Assembly: GCF_018350175.1 (NCBI RefSeq)
Contig: NC_058382.1
Coordinates: 56,298,001-56,362,000, forward strand
From: Felis catus
Taxonomy: Eukaryota
DNA length: 64,000 nucleotides
Direction of reading: 5' to 3'
A program made the translations under genes and the position numbers. Shown piece by piece: positions 12,925 through 27,050 of this stretch. The notes under the pieces were generated by a model, which ran no database searches, was not told the origin of the DNA, and was given only the letters and a program-made list of their open reading frames with translations. Positions within the stretch are counted from its first letter, which is position 1; each line of letters starts with the position of its first letter.

Positions 12925-13050
12925 CTTCTTAAAGTGTAATCGACGGACCGGTAACTTTCCCGTCACTACTAGAAATGCAGAACCTGAGGCCTCACAGACC
13001 TACTGAACCAAATCTGCATTTTTAACAAGAGCCCCCAAGTTGGAGAAGAG
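12925..13050. mobile_element. MER5A-like hAT MITE fragment
   Basis: tagaaatgcagaacctgaggcctcacagacctactgaaccaaatctgcatttttaacaaga. Confidence 0.7.
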
Positions 13051-13254
13051 CTGGAGAATGGTTGCCCTAGAGGATTTCTAAGTTACCCGTGGGCTCCAAA
13101 ATTCTGCTTTTATAAATGTGCGCATGAAATGCGGGCGTTTTAAGATGGCGTGGCCTTTCAGAGAGTAGTTTCACACGCTAGGATCTGAAAGCACATTTCA
13201 AATGGCAACAGGTACTAAGAAGCGCTGGGTGCTCGACTCACCAAGTCCTCCCCA

Positions 13255-13395
13255 CCGCCCAGCAAGGCCCTACAGCCATCCCCACTTTACAGATGGGGAA
13301 ACACAAGCCCAGAGGTTAAGTACCTGGGCCAGGCTTGCAAGCTAGTACTTGTGAAGCTGAAATTCAAGTACAAGTTTTATGGTTCCAGAGCTTCC
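13255..13395 (-). mobile_element. MIR
   Basis: atccccactttacagatggggaaacacaagcccagaggttaagtacct. Confidence 0.7.
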
Positions 13396-13466
13396 AGTAA
13401 ATCTCCAGGCTGGTCAGAAACAGTGTCTCGTGGAAGCAAGGACGTTCTGTGACAGTGACCAAGTTC

Positions 13467-13467
<1 letters not shown>

Positions 13468-13511
<44 letters not shown>

Positions 13512-13518
13512 GTGTGTG
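13468..13518 (+). repeat. (TG)n microsatellite
   Basis: TG run with one interruption. Confidence 0.97.
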
Positions 13519-13747
13519 AGACGTGCATTTGTGTGCGTGATCTTTCTCAGTTACTGTACCACCTTCCCTTCCTTTTGTATAAACGGAGTATTGGAACTTT
13601 GACTTTCTCTGTATATTCAGTAAGCTTCCACTATGTAATAACCATGTGTCAACAGTTAGGCAGGCAGTCACCCACAAGGCAATAAGATTCGCCACATCTC
13701 CCTGCCCACTGCTGTCCCTAAAATTCTCCTGGGAACACACCAGCTAT

Positions 13748-14010
13748 ATTTTTTTTAATTATTGAAATATAGTAGACATACAAAGTTATATTAGTTTCAG
13801 GTGTATAGCATATTGATTCGACAATTCTGTGCATTAGTCAGCACTCACCATGATAAGTACAGTCACCATCTGTCACCATACAACGTTATGACAATATTAT
13901 TGACTATACTCCCTATGCTGTACTTTTCATCTCCATAACTTATTTCCTTTATAACTGGTGGTTTGTTTCTCTTAATCCCCTTCCCCTATTTCACCATCGC
14001 CCCTCTACCA
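13748..14010 (-). mobile_element. Carnivore L1 3' end fragment
   Basis: Poly-T then atattagtttcaggtgtatagcat...gtcaccatctgtcaccatacaacgttat...ccctatgctgtacttttcatc. Confidence 0.8.
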
Positions 14011-14654
14011 GCCAGATTTAAAGGAGCTGTTTCCAGAATCTCCTACTGAAGATTGTATTTATGTAAAGAGAAAATATTGATCTCGGGCAAGCAAAGAAAA
14101 AAAAAATGTGGCCTGCCTGGTTACAGAAGGATCCCTGTATCAGTTATCCTGGTACTGCCTGTAGCTCTCCACCATGATTTTAAAATAATAGATATGATAT
14201 TATAATATAATAGTATAATATAGTTAATATAACAATGTATTATAAATATGTTATGGAGTGTTACATGCAGTATACTGCAACAGTATGTATTTATGTACTA
14301 TATAGATATTTAGATATAGAGATATATATAAAAAACATACATAGTACAGTGTAACAGCTGCAACGTAACAACTCCATACTCTTGACTGATTTTTATGTAC
14401 CGCAGTCTATGGAATCCTCCTTCTCTGTCATCACCTCACTTACTCTGCATTAGATATGATTTTTACAGACGGGGATACACTAATGCCCAAAGCCTAAGTA
14501 AGTTGCTGATGAGTCAATGATTCAATGATTCAATGATATCAGTATACAGTTGTAAGTTCAGTATTCAAACCCGGATCTGCTGCTTCCAGACACTGAAGCT
14601 GTGCTGTCTGAACAACACTAAATTAGAAAAAGAGCGGGACAGAGATGGTCACTG

Positions 14655-15050
14655 TCCCTCATGCCAGACTCACCTCTGAGTTTGCCTGCCGTCCCCCAGC
14701 ATAGATCTCCTCCCTCCAGAGCCGCCTCTGCGTCTTATGAGACAGCTTGCTGAGCTGAGAATTCCCCCAGGGCCCCTCAGCCAGTGAGGGATAGGATGTG
14801 AGGATGAACACTCCAGCATTCCTGCCCCTCAGTGGACAGATCTGGGGCATGTTCCCCGCTGTCTGCTGCAGGGTCACAGGGGGATCGAGCTCCAGTCTCA
14901 TCAATGCATCCTGTCTCCACGTGTCTCCCTGCCCTGTCTCACTTCCCTATTCACTCCCATGTGCTTCCTGCCATCATCTCCCAAAGAAAGACTGTCACCC
15001 AAGGCTTTGCCTCAGGGTCTGCTTTGGGGGGGATGCCAAGGAAGGAAATT
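14655..15050 (+). mobile_element. ERVL solo LTR, LTR16/LTR33-like
   Basis: Ends ctttgcctcagggtctgctttggggggg. Internal aacactccagcattcct is shared (reverse complement) with the 55.4 kb copy. Confidence 0.65.
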
Positions 15051-15977
15051 AAGTGGCCCTATGCAGATCAACGTGTGACAATGGCCTGACCAAGGTTTAC
15101 CCCTGAGATCTCTCCCTTAGCATTAACGTCACAATTCATGAGGAAGCATTTGGGCTGGGCTTGTCATTCCCAGCCACTTTCCCCCCTCTCAGCCTTGGGG
15201 GAGTGACAGCGGTCTCAAACCAGAATGGCCCAGGCAGGGTCCAGCGAGATCGTGGATGCGGAGGGAGGTGGGTTGTGGTTTCTGAGTGTCACCGCGGTTG
15301 ATTCATGCCTTTGTCACACGGCTGCACATTGGGAGTGTTGGGTTCAGATTACCTCTGAGGCTCCCTGCCAGGCTGACCTCAGCACTTTGTTCAGTTGCAC
15401 AAGGGGTCCCTGCAAAATGACTGAGAGCAAATGCTATCTGTGGGATTTTTCTGACTTTTCCAATAGAGACAAATCAATCTTCTTTGGGAAGCCTTCCTTT
15501 TCTTCGTGATTAGGTGTCCCCTGTGCTTCTGGCAAAGGTGGCAGATGCCTCAATTGGCTCCGCAGATAGAAGGTACATTGGAGAAGTCAGACCCGTTGAA
15601 GCTCTGACACTGAGCATGTTCATGGGTGGAATTGCCGTAAAAACCCCCTCAATGCAGATGTGGAGCTAGATTTTACCTTGAGGTGGCAGAAGCAGCTTTG
15701 CGACAAAACCACAAAGAACAAGAAAAAAAAAAAGGTCTAAAAGTGTTCAGGGAAGTATGCAGAATGGCCGAAAACTGACAAGTGGCAGAGGCAGCACTCA
15801 GGTCTGCTGATTCCAGACATGTTGCCTGACAAACATAAAACTGGAAGGGAGGGGACAAAAAAAAGAACTATGAGGAGACCAAGTGGCTCATATGGGCATC
15901 AAAATCGACATGATGGCATGACCAGGCTTTTTCCCTCTGGCACAAAAAGCTTTTGAGTATTGCTTGATAATATTCCA

Positions 15978-15978
15978 A

Positions 15979-16029
<51 letters not shown>

Positions 16030-16042
16030 AAGGAAGGAAGAA
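15978..16042 (+). repeat. (GAAA)n(GA)n purine microsatellite
   Basis: Direct observation. Confidence 0.95.
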
Positions 16043-16383
16043 AATAATAGAGCCAAGTTTCCCAAATGTTTCATATCAAACCAGTTTTTGACTGAAGCAT
16101 TTATCTTGTCTTCTAAGTATTCCAAGCGTCTGCATCAAAACCCAACACCATGCCTCGTTCTTCTAGATCCTGTTGTCTGGGTTAGGGATGCTGAGACCTA
16201 CAAGCCTCCTTGGCTGGATGCAGATATGCTTACAACATTAGGGGAACCCACCCTTCCATTTCGTACAATAGTTGCTGAGCCAACATTTTCTTGTGAACAT
16301 TTCAGATAAGAAGTTGAAAGAAGTTCATGCTGAATAGCCATGTGCTCATAACCTAATCCTGTAATGAATATTTTACTTCCTTT

Positions 16384-16387
<4 letters not shown>

Positions 16388-16433
<46 letters not shown>

Positions 16434-16492
16434 TATATGGTACATATACATACATATATAAAACGTACATATATAAAACACATGTACATACA
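16388..16492 (+). repeat. (TA)n(CA)n compound microsatellite with degenerate tail
   Basis: Direct observation. Confidence 0.93.
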
Positions 16493-16608
16493 TCAATCTG
16501 TCCCAATAAACATCCATCAATCCATGTTATTTTTTGTGTATTTCAAAGTATGTGATGGATGTGTACCACACCACCCCCCAAATACCTCTGCATGCTTATT
16601 ATTGTTTT

Positions 16609-16837
16609 AAAATTTTTTTTAACATTTATTCATTTTTGAGAGACAGAGAAAGACAGAGTGTGAGTGGGGGAGGGGCAGAGAGAGAGAGAGAGAGAGAGGG
16701 AGACGCAGAATCCAAAACAGGCTCCAGGCTCTGAGCTGTCAGCACAGAGCCCGACGCGGGGCACAAACCCATGAACTGTGAGATTGTGACCTGAGCTGAA
16801 GTCAGACGCTTAACTGACTGAGCCACCCAGGTGCCCC
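16609..16837 (-). mobile_element. Can-SINE
   Basis: Reverse SINEC ending agccacccaggtgcccc. Confidence 0.95.
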
Positions 16838-16879
16838 TGAATGCATATTGTTAATTAGACTTTGATATGTTTATAGCTT

Positions 16880-19310
16880 TTCTGTTCCATTAGGGGTAAA
16901 ATGTATATACCATGTTACCCCAAATCTTATTCATAACATTTGCATTCTGACAAATTCATACCAATGTGCACTCCAACCATCAGGACAGAAACCATCCCAT
17001 TCCCTGAGAAGGTCCCCTCCTGACCCTCTCTAGTCACTGTCTATCTCACCGCCCCTAGTGGCCAGTCACCCTTCTGATTCTTTGCACCATAGATCGGTTT
17101 TGTCTGTTTTAGAATACTATGCAAGTGAGATCATATGGTATGTATATATATTTTTATTTGACTTCTTCCTCTCAGCATAAGGCTTGTGAGATTTGTGCAT
17201 ATTGTTGCATACATCAGTTTATTTCCTCTTTATTACTAAGTAGTATTGCATCCACCTAAATGTAGCACAGTTTTTCATCCACCCTCATTATTGATGGATC
17301 CTGGGTTGATTCCAATTCTCGGCAACCACAAATTAAGTGCTGTAAACAATTACCCATGTAAAAGTCTATGTATGGACATAGGTATTCATTTTTCTTGAGT
17401 ACATACCTAGGAGTAAAGTTGCTGCATCATAGAGGAGATTCATGTTAGGGATGCTAAGAAACTGCCAGTCCTTTCCCCAAAGTGGCCCAACAACGTATGT
17501 GAGTGGCTGTAGCTAAACATTTGCATGAACATCTAATGTTGCTGGTCTTTTTAACCTTAGTTACTCCCGTGAGTGTGCAGTGGGGTCTCGTTGTGGATTT
17601 GATTTGCGTTACTCTTAACGATCGTGTGCTTACTGGCCACTCATGCCTCTTCCTTGTTAAGATCTCTTTTCAAATATTTTACCCAATTTTTATTTTATTT
17701 TTTTGTCTTTTTGTCATTGACTTATAGGAGTTCTTTACATATCCTACACTAGTCCCTTGTCAGTATATATTTTACAAATATTTTATTCCAGTCTGTGGCT
17801 TGACTATTCATCTTTTAATCATGTATTTTGTTGGGCAGAAGTTCCTAATATTAATAAAGTCTCAGTTTAATGTTTTTCTTTTATGGTTATACCTATAGCT
17901 TTCTACTATTATAGTCTAAGAGATCTCTGCCTACCCCCATAGTAGAGAAGACATTCTCTTATATTTTCCTCCAAAAAGTGTACAGCTTTTAACTTTCACA
18001 TATGACCCCTTTAGACTTATTTTTCATGAATAAAATAGAGGTATGTGTGGTTTTGGTCATTCTATAGATTTTCTCTTTATCTTGGGTTTTCAGCAGCTCA
18101 ACTGTAATGGGCCTACATGAAGTTCTATTTATATTTGTCCTTCTTAGGATTTGATGAGCTTTTGATTGTATAATTTTGTATGTGTCACCATATCTGAGAA
18201 ATCTTCAGCCATTATTTCTCCAAACATTTTTTTTTCCCAATCTCTAGGATGAAAACTAGACCCTTTGATATTGTCCCACAGGTACCTGAAAAGATTTGTT
18301 CATGTTTTTTTTTTCTTTCTTTCTTTCCATTTTCTTCATGATGAATAATTTCTATTGATTTGTATTCAGGTTGACTGACTTTCTTTTTTTGTCTTTATTT
18401 TGATGTTAAGTCCAACTGGTGATTATTGTCTTTGATAGATTTTGTTTTTCAGGGCTAGAATTCCTGTTTGGTTTCACTTTTATTATTTCTGTTTCTCTGC
18501 TGAGATTTTCTATCATTTCATTATTCTAAGCATATTTTCCTTTAGGTTCTTGATCATAGTTATTATAGTTGCTTTCAAACCATAATTGCTTGTTCCAACA
18601 TCTGGGTGATCCTTGGAGTTGGTCTCCATCATTTGCCTTTTCCTCTGAGAATGGGTCATAGTTCCCTGTTGTTTTCTTTTCAGTGCCCATCAGATATCAG
18701 ATTGTTTCCTGAATATGTTAAAAGATATGATGGAGACACTCTAGATTCTGTTCTGTTCCTGCAAATGAGCATTTTGTCTGTTCGTTCTGTTTTTAGCTTG
18801 GCTAAACTCAAAGATGAGTACTCCACCTCCCCTGTGGTGAGTGGCAACTCAAACACTGATGCTCGGTGATTGCCCATGCACGCATGCTTCATAGCCATCA
18901 TCCACAGAGTTTGGGCCAAGTGTATACGCAGGAGTTGGGACTCTCTATCTCTGAGTCTCTCCTGTCAGGGTTTCCCCATGTGCGGTATCGTGGCTGTTGT
19001 CCTGAAGTGTGTCCAATATTCTGTAAGCCCCCAACACTGTGGGATTTCCAGCAGACTCTTTTCAGTTGCCTATCTGACATTGACTGGTCCTACTCTAGGA
19101 CCCAGAGCCATAAAAATGGGAAACTCACCCAGTACCATCTTCTCCTTCAAAGGGTTCACACCCTCCTAGTTTCTTCCTGCTTTATTTCATTCTCCAGGTC
19201 TCCCAGGTAGTTATTTATTATATGGTGTCAAGAGTTTATGGCTGTTATCTACAGGATGGTTGGTCAAATAGGAGCTACTCAGCTATACTGGAAGTGGAAT
19301 CTTCTGCACA
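16880..19310 (-). mobile_element. Old L1M fragments (3' UTR/ORF2 end joined to ORF1/5' region)
   Basis: T-rich antisense L1 motifs tacatacctaggagt, agaaactgcca, tgtggattttgatttgc-like and ttcagccattatttct. Confidence 0.75.
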
Positions 19311-19312
19311 TA

Positions 19313-19808
19313 ATTTTTTTTTTTAAGAATACAATTCATTGTCATGTTGGCTAATATGCAGTGCATACAGTGAAGTCTTGGTTTTGGGGGTAGATTCCCG
19401 TGATTCATTGCTTACATACAACACCCGGTGCTCATCCCAACAAGTGCCCTCCTCAATGCCCATAATACATTTCCCCCTCTCCCCTACTCCCCCCTCACCA
19501 TCAATCCTCAGTTTGTTCTCTGTATTTAAGAGTCTCTTATGGTTTGCCTCCCTCTCTGTAACTATTTTTCCCCTTCCCCTCCCCCATGGTCTTCCGTTAA
19601 GTTTCTCAGGTTCCACATATGAGTGAAAGCACATGATATCTTTCTCTGACTGACTTATTTCACTTAGCATAATACCCTCCAGTTCCATCCACATTGCTGC
19701 AAATGGTAGGATTTCATTCTTTCTCATTGCCAAGTAGTATTCCATTGTATATATAAACCACATCTTCTTTATCTATCCATCAATTGGTGGACATTTAGGC
19801 TCTTTCTA
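19313..19808 (-). mobile_element. 5'-truncated felid/carnivore L1 (ORF2 C-terminus and 3' UTR)
   Basis: ORF 19323-19763 begins MWFIYTMEYYLAMRKNEILPFAAMWMELEGIMLSEISQSEKD, the L1 ORF2p C-terminus. Poly-T tail at 19313. Confidence 0.92.
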
Positions 19809-20507
19809 GCAAAATTTGTACATCATTTTCAGTGGCTTCGGAATATTATTCATTGTAAGGATGTACCACCATTTATTTACCTTATCTTATGTTGCTGTTT
19901 ATTAATATTATCTCCATTGACTGCTATTGTGATAACTTTGTTTCTAACATAAAATTAACCTCAGTCTGACACACACTTGATTTGAAAGTGAAGAAAGGGA
20001 CAACTTCTCTAAGCTGAAGTTAAATTACCCCATCTGTGAAATGGGATGATAAGAGTAACAATCATAAATGTACTTTATGAGACTTTAATAAAGATAATAC
20101 TTCCACGGTATGCAAACAGTAACTAAATGAAACAGTATGTTACAAATGTCCCGTATGACTCTGGCACGTCGGAAATTCGAATTAGACACTCTTTTTGCTG
20201 TCCTTGTTATCATTGTCCTTGTTATTCAACTTTCGCTCTCACTCATAATTGCATAAACAGAAGATTGGAGAATAAGTGGCCTGTAACCAAACGTGTTTCT
20301 TCCATTTCTATAAGCACATATATTATGAGGCTTTTCTTATACATCAGTCAAGTTGTTTTCAAGAACACAGTTTTAATGGCTGCATAATACTATGCTAGAA
20401 AGATACGTTGTTATTTCGATGATCAATGATTTCTGAAAAAACAATGGAAGTTACACATATATATTATGCAAATTTTTCTGGCAGAAAAACCTTACAAAAC
20501 GACTTTC

Positions 20508-20722
20508 TTTTTTTAATGTTTATTTATTTTGAGAGAGAGAGAAAGAGAGAGAGAGAGAGAATGGAGGGGGAGAGAGAGAGAGGAAGAGAAGGGGAATCCC
20601 AAGCACTCCACGCTGTCAGTGCAGAGTCTGATGTTGGGCTAGATCCCCATGAACCGTGAGATCATGACCTGAGCTGAGATCAGGAGTCAGAAGCTTAACC
20701 GACTGAGCCACCTAAGTGCCCC
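20508..20722 (-). mobile_element. Can-SINE (older subfamily)
   Basis: Reverse SINEC. Confidence 0.92.
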
Positions 20723-21984
20723 AAAACAGCTTTACTTCTAACTGTAGCCTAGCACTTGCTGGATAATGTCAACCAGGTAAAGTGAAGTAGCACATTTCAG
20801 AAGCTATGATGCTCATTACAAGTACCTTCACATTCAGACTAACAACAAGGACATATCTGCTTCATCCCTTTTAAAGGACACTGAAATGCTCCATCAGCTT
20901 TACTCCATTCCTCCCAGTGATGCTATGGCATGGGTGGAGGTCAAGGAGGCTCTGCCTTCTGGAGATAGAGTATCAGATGTCATGGTGATGAAGTGCTCTC
21001 TCCAGAATCATCCATAGTAGGAAGGGCCCTTTGTCTCATCCTTCAGGTTTCTCTTCTCTGGAGATGGTTCAAGGAAGGCCAAGTCAGGTTGGGGATGACG
21101 GCCAGCTACCTGGTCCCAATTGGCTGAGGCTCCAAATACAAACCCAGGAAAATTTGAATGCCTGTGCGTGAAGATGTGGAAGGAAAATTTGGTTTCACTC
21201 CCTCTCCTTCTCATAGCAGACATTTACTGAATGAATACCTGACTGGGGAGGGTGGTGGGGAGTGATCTCCCTCCATCTCCTCCTCTTCTGCACCCAGGCC
21301 CCCCACTAAATGCTTTGCATGCACTATGATTATCTAATTCAATTCTCATGACAAATCTGAGACATATCCTATTATTAGCCATATTTTAGAGGCAATAAAA
21401 TTAAGATTCAGTTAGTTACCAGCCCCAGGGTCCAGTGTCCCAGTGATATATACTTTGAGTGTCCTGCACCATCAAAATAAAAAATGTCTGCTTGTGTTTT
21501 GCACACCCCTAAGAAGTAAAAACTGTATCCCTCAGAATATAGAAGAAGCAATGAGAAGAGTCTTATTCTAACCCCCGAAGAGGGTCATCAGTGGATGGCA
21601 TAGGAACCTCAGCAGAAAGTTAGCGGGTTATTTTGCAGTCCCCATTAGTAAAGAAAGATCTGCTGAGACAGTTCATCTTTTAACTTCAAAACAACTTGAC
21701 CATTTTTACTCTTGAGCTCCAGTGACGTGTCAACCCCAGTGGCAGCCCCTGCAGATACGCTGGTAAATGAGAGAGAAGTGGTCTGTATTGCATGAGCTTG
21801 ATAATCTAGGGAGCAAGACAGGCACAAACAAGGGGTTTATACCTGGGCTAAAGGGGAGTTACATAGCGCTTGGGACATGTGTCAAAGCCTTCCACCTAGA
21901 CGAGACAAGGGATAGTTCTGGAGTTTAGAGAATAGGGTGTAAGCATGCTTTTCAATGAACAGAGGGTACCAGCCAGTACAATAG

Positions 21985-22225
21985 ACGATAGTTTTCCAGC
22001 TTCAGAAAGATCTCACCAAGTTGCAACAATGGACTGAAGCAACAGAGATGAAATTGTAGCTCTAGAATGAGGATACAGAATTAGGATACAGAATAAAAGC
22101 ACAGAATCTGGAGATTTGGCATGAGAACAACTTAAGTGGGAAAGACAAGAAAATGTTCTTCCCCCACAAAGTCAATATTAATTAGCAAAAGCATTTGAGG
22201 CTGCTGTTTCAACAGCAACAGTGCA
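21985..22225 (+). mobile_element. L3/CR1 ancient LINE fragment
   Basis: cagaaagatctcaccaagttgcaacaatggactgaagcaacagagatgaaatt resembles the CR1 RT region (QKDL..L..W....MK). Confidence 0.55.
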
Positions 22226-23864
22226 TTCCCACATTTGTTTCACAAGGCATGCAAAGGAAAAGAAAAATGTTTTCTATCTATTCCCAGATGATATGTTTTG
22301 GATGGTGTCTTCTCTGTCAACTTTTCGGATAAGATGGTTTGTTTTTTATGGGGAAATAAGAAATAAGTTTGGGAGCAATTAATTTAATCCTTAGTAAGAA
22401 TGATTCAGAACCACAAAAGAAACATGGGCTTTCACGCTCTCTAAATGTCTCCACTAAATAGATAGTAATTGGATATTTATAAGAGTTCAGACTCTCCCAT
22501 AACTAAAGTGGAAAGGATAATGTGTTGGTATGGAATATACAGCTTTAAATACGGCATCTCACTAGATTCTAAACATACCCTTGAGGGGAACTCCCAATGG
22601 GTGTGTGCCACCTGTTTGAACAACACATTCGGACAGTTTACATGACTCCACACTGAACAGGATTAACAAGGATGCGGTGAAGTTAGAAAGGATAATCAGG
22701 AGAGGAAAGCTGGAAAGGGGGCACGATGGGCACTCATAATTCCCACCTGTGCAGTCTTAAAACTCACTGGAGGAGGCAGAAGGTCACTGCCCCCCCTCCC
22801 CCGTGTTGTGGGTGTGGAAACTGAGATTTAGAGAAATTACCGACACGCTCAATATCACGGAACTCGTGCGTCACAGACCCCAGGGCACGTCAGCCCCACT
22901 AAAATTCTTTGTTTCCCTCTATTCCTCTTTGCTGCCTTCCAATAAGGTGAATAATGAAATTGGCTTTGGAAAAGATGCCCGCCCAAAGAGAAACTCAACA
23001 GAACTTTAGTTAGAAACTTCTTTTCAATATGCACCAGTTGACTTATGATAAGACTACCACTTTCTTGACGCTTGGAACTTTTTTAATCTTAGAAGGTCTC
23101 TAATTGTTTAACATGCCTGATATTAATCATCTGGTTGGGAAGCTATATACAATGAGGGGTGCCGGGCTATTATAACACTCTTCTGCCTATCCCAGGTCAT
23201 GTTTTATTGAGTTGTCAATATTAATCATCAAGAAGGATGGTTCCAGGTGAGTCTCACCATCTCATCAATAATACTTTACCAACTGTGGCTCTTTGGAGAC
23301 CAGAAATTTACAATGAGTTTAGCAATGCTGCTGCAGACCCATCATAATTTTTATTACACTTTGTGGCTGTGCCGACTTCCAGGAGAGGCCGTCCTAAAAT
23401 CCTAATGTGACACAAATCAATTTTCAGATGTAAATTTGGGTGTCATAAGTGGCATTTTTTACACACAACAAATTGCTTGTCTCTGGTTTTGAACTAAGGA
23501 TCACATAAACAAAAGATTGGAGACAACTGATTGCATTATCGGCTGGGGAAATTGATGTGGCTGGGGCCAACTCGGCAAGGGGTGGTCAGGGAGAGGATCT
23601 GTGACTTTGAAAAGGACTGTTTGGATGTGGAATGTCAGGAGTCTTTGTTTGCCACTTCTTGTCTTTTTTTTTTTTTTTCACATTTATCTAGAAGTATTCA
23701 CCTTCTCTTTGGGGTTTAGCCACTCTGTGTAGCAGAATGACTATGTGCCCGTTCTCAGAGCACATTTGTGGAGAATAATCCATGTCAACAACTTTAGAGA
23801 AGAGTGTTTTTCAGCTTTCAAGATAAGGAGGAAACGTATTCGTTTATGCAATAAACATTGACAA

Positions 23865-24375
23865 TGTATCAACTGAAGATGCATTTGGCTGCAAGTTAAC
23901 AACATGCCTGATTACGAATAGCTCAAAGAGGTAGAGATCATTTTTCTTGTTGAACAAGTAGCCCCAGGTATTTGACTGTTGGGATTTGTTTAGCTGCTTA
24001 GCAATACTGTCAGAAAGCCAGGCTCTCCCTCTGCTTCCTCCCACCATCCTTCGTTTGCTGACTTTCACCCTCACACTTGCTCCCTCATGGTTGCAAGATG
24101 GCTGCTGCATGGCCAACTATCACATCAGCAAGGTAGAGAGAATGGAAAAAGGGTAAGCCATGTACATTTGTCCTCTTTGCAGTAAAGACAGTCTTCCCAG
24201 AAGCTACCAGAAGTCTAGTATTTTTTTCTCACAAGACAGAACCTTATCACACAGCTACCCCCAGCTCTAAGAGAGGCTGAACAGCAGGCTTGTCTGTTCC
24301 ATTGGTGCTCTGAACAAGCTCAAAGTTCTATAGCAAGGAGAGGTGGAGAATAAATGTTAGGGAAATAAACAAACA
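23865..24375 (-). mobile_element. Old MaLR LTR (MLT1J/K-like)
   Basis: gcatttggctgcaagttaaca...cctcatggttgcaagatggctgctgca...agctaccccagct. Confidence 0.7.
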
Positions 24376-24924
24376 AGTCACTATAGGTTGCATGCTCAAA
24401 TACATATATTTGGGGGAACATTGGCTTTATTTTCTTGCTTACAGGACTTCTCAGGGCTTTCAGTATGCTAATACCCATTGAGGACTTTCATGGGGCATAG
24501 TTGTGATAGTCAACATTTTGCCAAAATAAACACAGAACTCCTACTATTATTTTCCTTAGAATCTCTCTTAATTCAGCAGTGGAATGCTGTATTATGTCCT
24601 GCTCACACCCTTTATTGGAAATCTACACACATTTGTCTCAAATCAGCAAAGCCCTTCTTCACCTAAGGCCTGTGCCCAACTGCTGTAATTGAGAACACAT
24701 CAGGGAACCAGAACCTTTGAGTGGATCCCATGATCCACTCCAATAAGAATTATTAATAGAATGACAAGCTCAGATAGTGGGCCACTAATGTTTTCAAATT
24801 CATGTCAGGTCTAGGGCAGAATGAAAGAGCTTTTCTCAGATATAGCCTTGACCCTGCAGGCCAGTCATAGGTACCAAGAAAACTCAGCGAGACCCTAAAT
24901 CTAGACAATATACATACAGTGTTA

Positions 24925-25090
24925 GTGGCTAAGAGATTCAGTGTTCAAATCCCGACTCTCCCATTTATAAGCTGTGTGATTCTGGGAAAGAGATTCTGAG
25001 ACTTGGTTTACTAATCTGTAACATGGGGATTGTTTGGCTTGACAAAGACTCCATGGGGGTAACGGTTGTAAAATGCCCCTCGTAAGATAG
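24925..25090 (+). mobile_element. MIR
   Basis: gttcaaatcccgactctcccatttataagctgtgtgattctggg...atctgtaacatgggga. Confidence 0.65.
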
Positions 25091-27050
25091 GGAGCCATTT
25101 TCAGCCCAGATCCTTTGTTAAGGGCTGAGCTAAACGGAATGCCTTTATTAAGTCTACATTGGATTCTCCATGTTTTAAAGTCTTGGGTAGCTTTGAGTTT
25201 CAAAGCAAGATACTCTGACACTGCCCCTTTGACCTTGGCATTTGGACCATTCTTTGAATTCGGGTGTTATGTCTGCTTTGCTGATATTCTTTGTTCCAAG
25301 AAATAAATATAGACGATCAGCCTTGAATCCAGTTCGTAATATGTTGCTTCTAGAAATCATACACAAAAACTAAAACAGGCAGTGGCTAAAACTGCACACA
25401 GTAAAATTTGTTGCAGAGGGAAAATTGGCTGAAGGATCAAATTTTGCTGGCATCATGGAAAACCACAAAAAAATATCCTATGAAAAATTAAACATCATAG
25501 AATGAGAATGAAGTAAAATGACAATGGCCAAAACTACACAGAGGAAACTTTATTATTGACTAGAAATCGATGCAAGAATCAAAACGTCTTTTCAAAACTA
25601 TGGAACTGCAAAATCGGCCTTGGTAGAATAAAGCCACAGAACACAACCCACAAATCAGAAGTTCCCACTGGCAAAATTTAATTTGGCCAAAACCATCAAT
25701 GAATCACATAGTTGGCCTAAAATTTATACATACCACAACTAATCCCAATGAAAATAATTTCAACAAAGTAAAACAATTTTTTCCTGAAGTTGTTTATGCT
25801 GAATAGAGAACTGAACAGTGACTTAATTCAGCTTAATAGCATTTGCCGGAGAAATACTACTGGGTGAAAATTGTTGATATACTTCTGATTCATTTTAACT
25901 GCTTTGAAATATGTATAAAAAGCTAGCAAGGGCAAAACAATGAGATTAAAACATTCTGTCTTCATTGAAAATACAACATTTAACATGGCACCTACAGATG
26001 ACAAGACCATATTATTATTTATTAACGTTCTTAAGCATTCATTGAATTTTTAAATGTAAGAACTTTTCTTTTTTTTCAAACGTGTAAGTCCAATTTTCAC
26101 TGATTACAAGACGGGTACTAATTACACAAGGTCTTACCTATACGTTGAGAGATGCCTAGCCGGATGCTTTAATAATGTTACTAATCAGAGAAGCAGGAGG
26201 AAGGAGAGTTACCACCTTCGTTGAACACTTACTTTGGAACAGGCCCCATGACTGGGAAGGGCTCCATTAGTGGTTATCTCCCAGCTCCCACACACACATG
26301 GGAATCACGGAACTATTTTACAAGTACCTGCTGTTCTGACTCTGTCTTAATTCAGACGTGTACTCCCCTTTTGTCTCATGGCAGCAGGACTCTTCTAACT
26401 CCCTATGTCTTTAGCTTGTGTTGACACATGGCCAGTGTGACTCTGACATGTTATTTTCTTATGCTGAAGGTGTCTTGTCGAGTTTCATGGGTTTTGTGCT
26501 TACCTGCTGCCTATTAGGCTTAAAACTCACAGCACTGTGACTTTAAATGTCAGCATTGTCACTGGGACAATAGAGCTAAAAGCAGGCTGTTGACATTCTT
26601 TGGGCACAATTTGTGATACCCTTTTCATTTCCTTGAACACTTTCGTGTTTCCAGGTGATGTTTCCCCACAGAGCCACATCACAAAGCCTAGGGTTTGGCG
26701 AAATGTGTCTGACCTAGATCAGTAGCCCCTAGGGCCAAAAGCCATTTCTGATACCACGTTGTAAAAACGGATTTCCCTCTCTGGGTCTGGGTCCCTGTCT
26801 TATAAACTAAAGGTATTATTACCTACTCCCTGGGATGATTGTGAAAGTAAAGTATAATAAGAGCTTCTCCGAAGAAGTGTGATCTTTTCATAATTCAACA
26901 TGTGTAAAACTCTGTATGTGCTCATCTGGTATTTTAAAACTTTATAGATTAGAAAATACTTCAGATAAATAAATGATCTCTACTGCAAGTTTCTTGCCAA
27001 CGTTTAGAAGCTGGTAGGTGATGATTATGAATGTATATTGCAGTTAAGAA

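Noticed and set aside
19323..19763. 146-aa ORF with recognisable protein similarity
   Set aside because: It is the C-terminus of L1 ORF2p read through into the 3' UTR, not a host gene.
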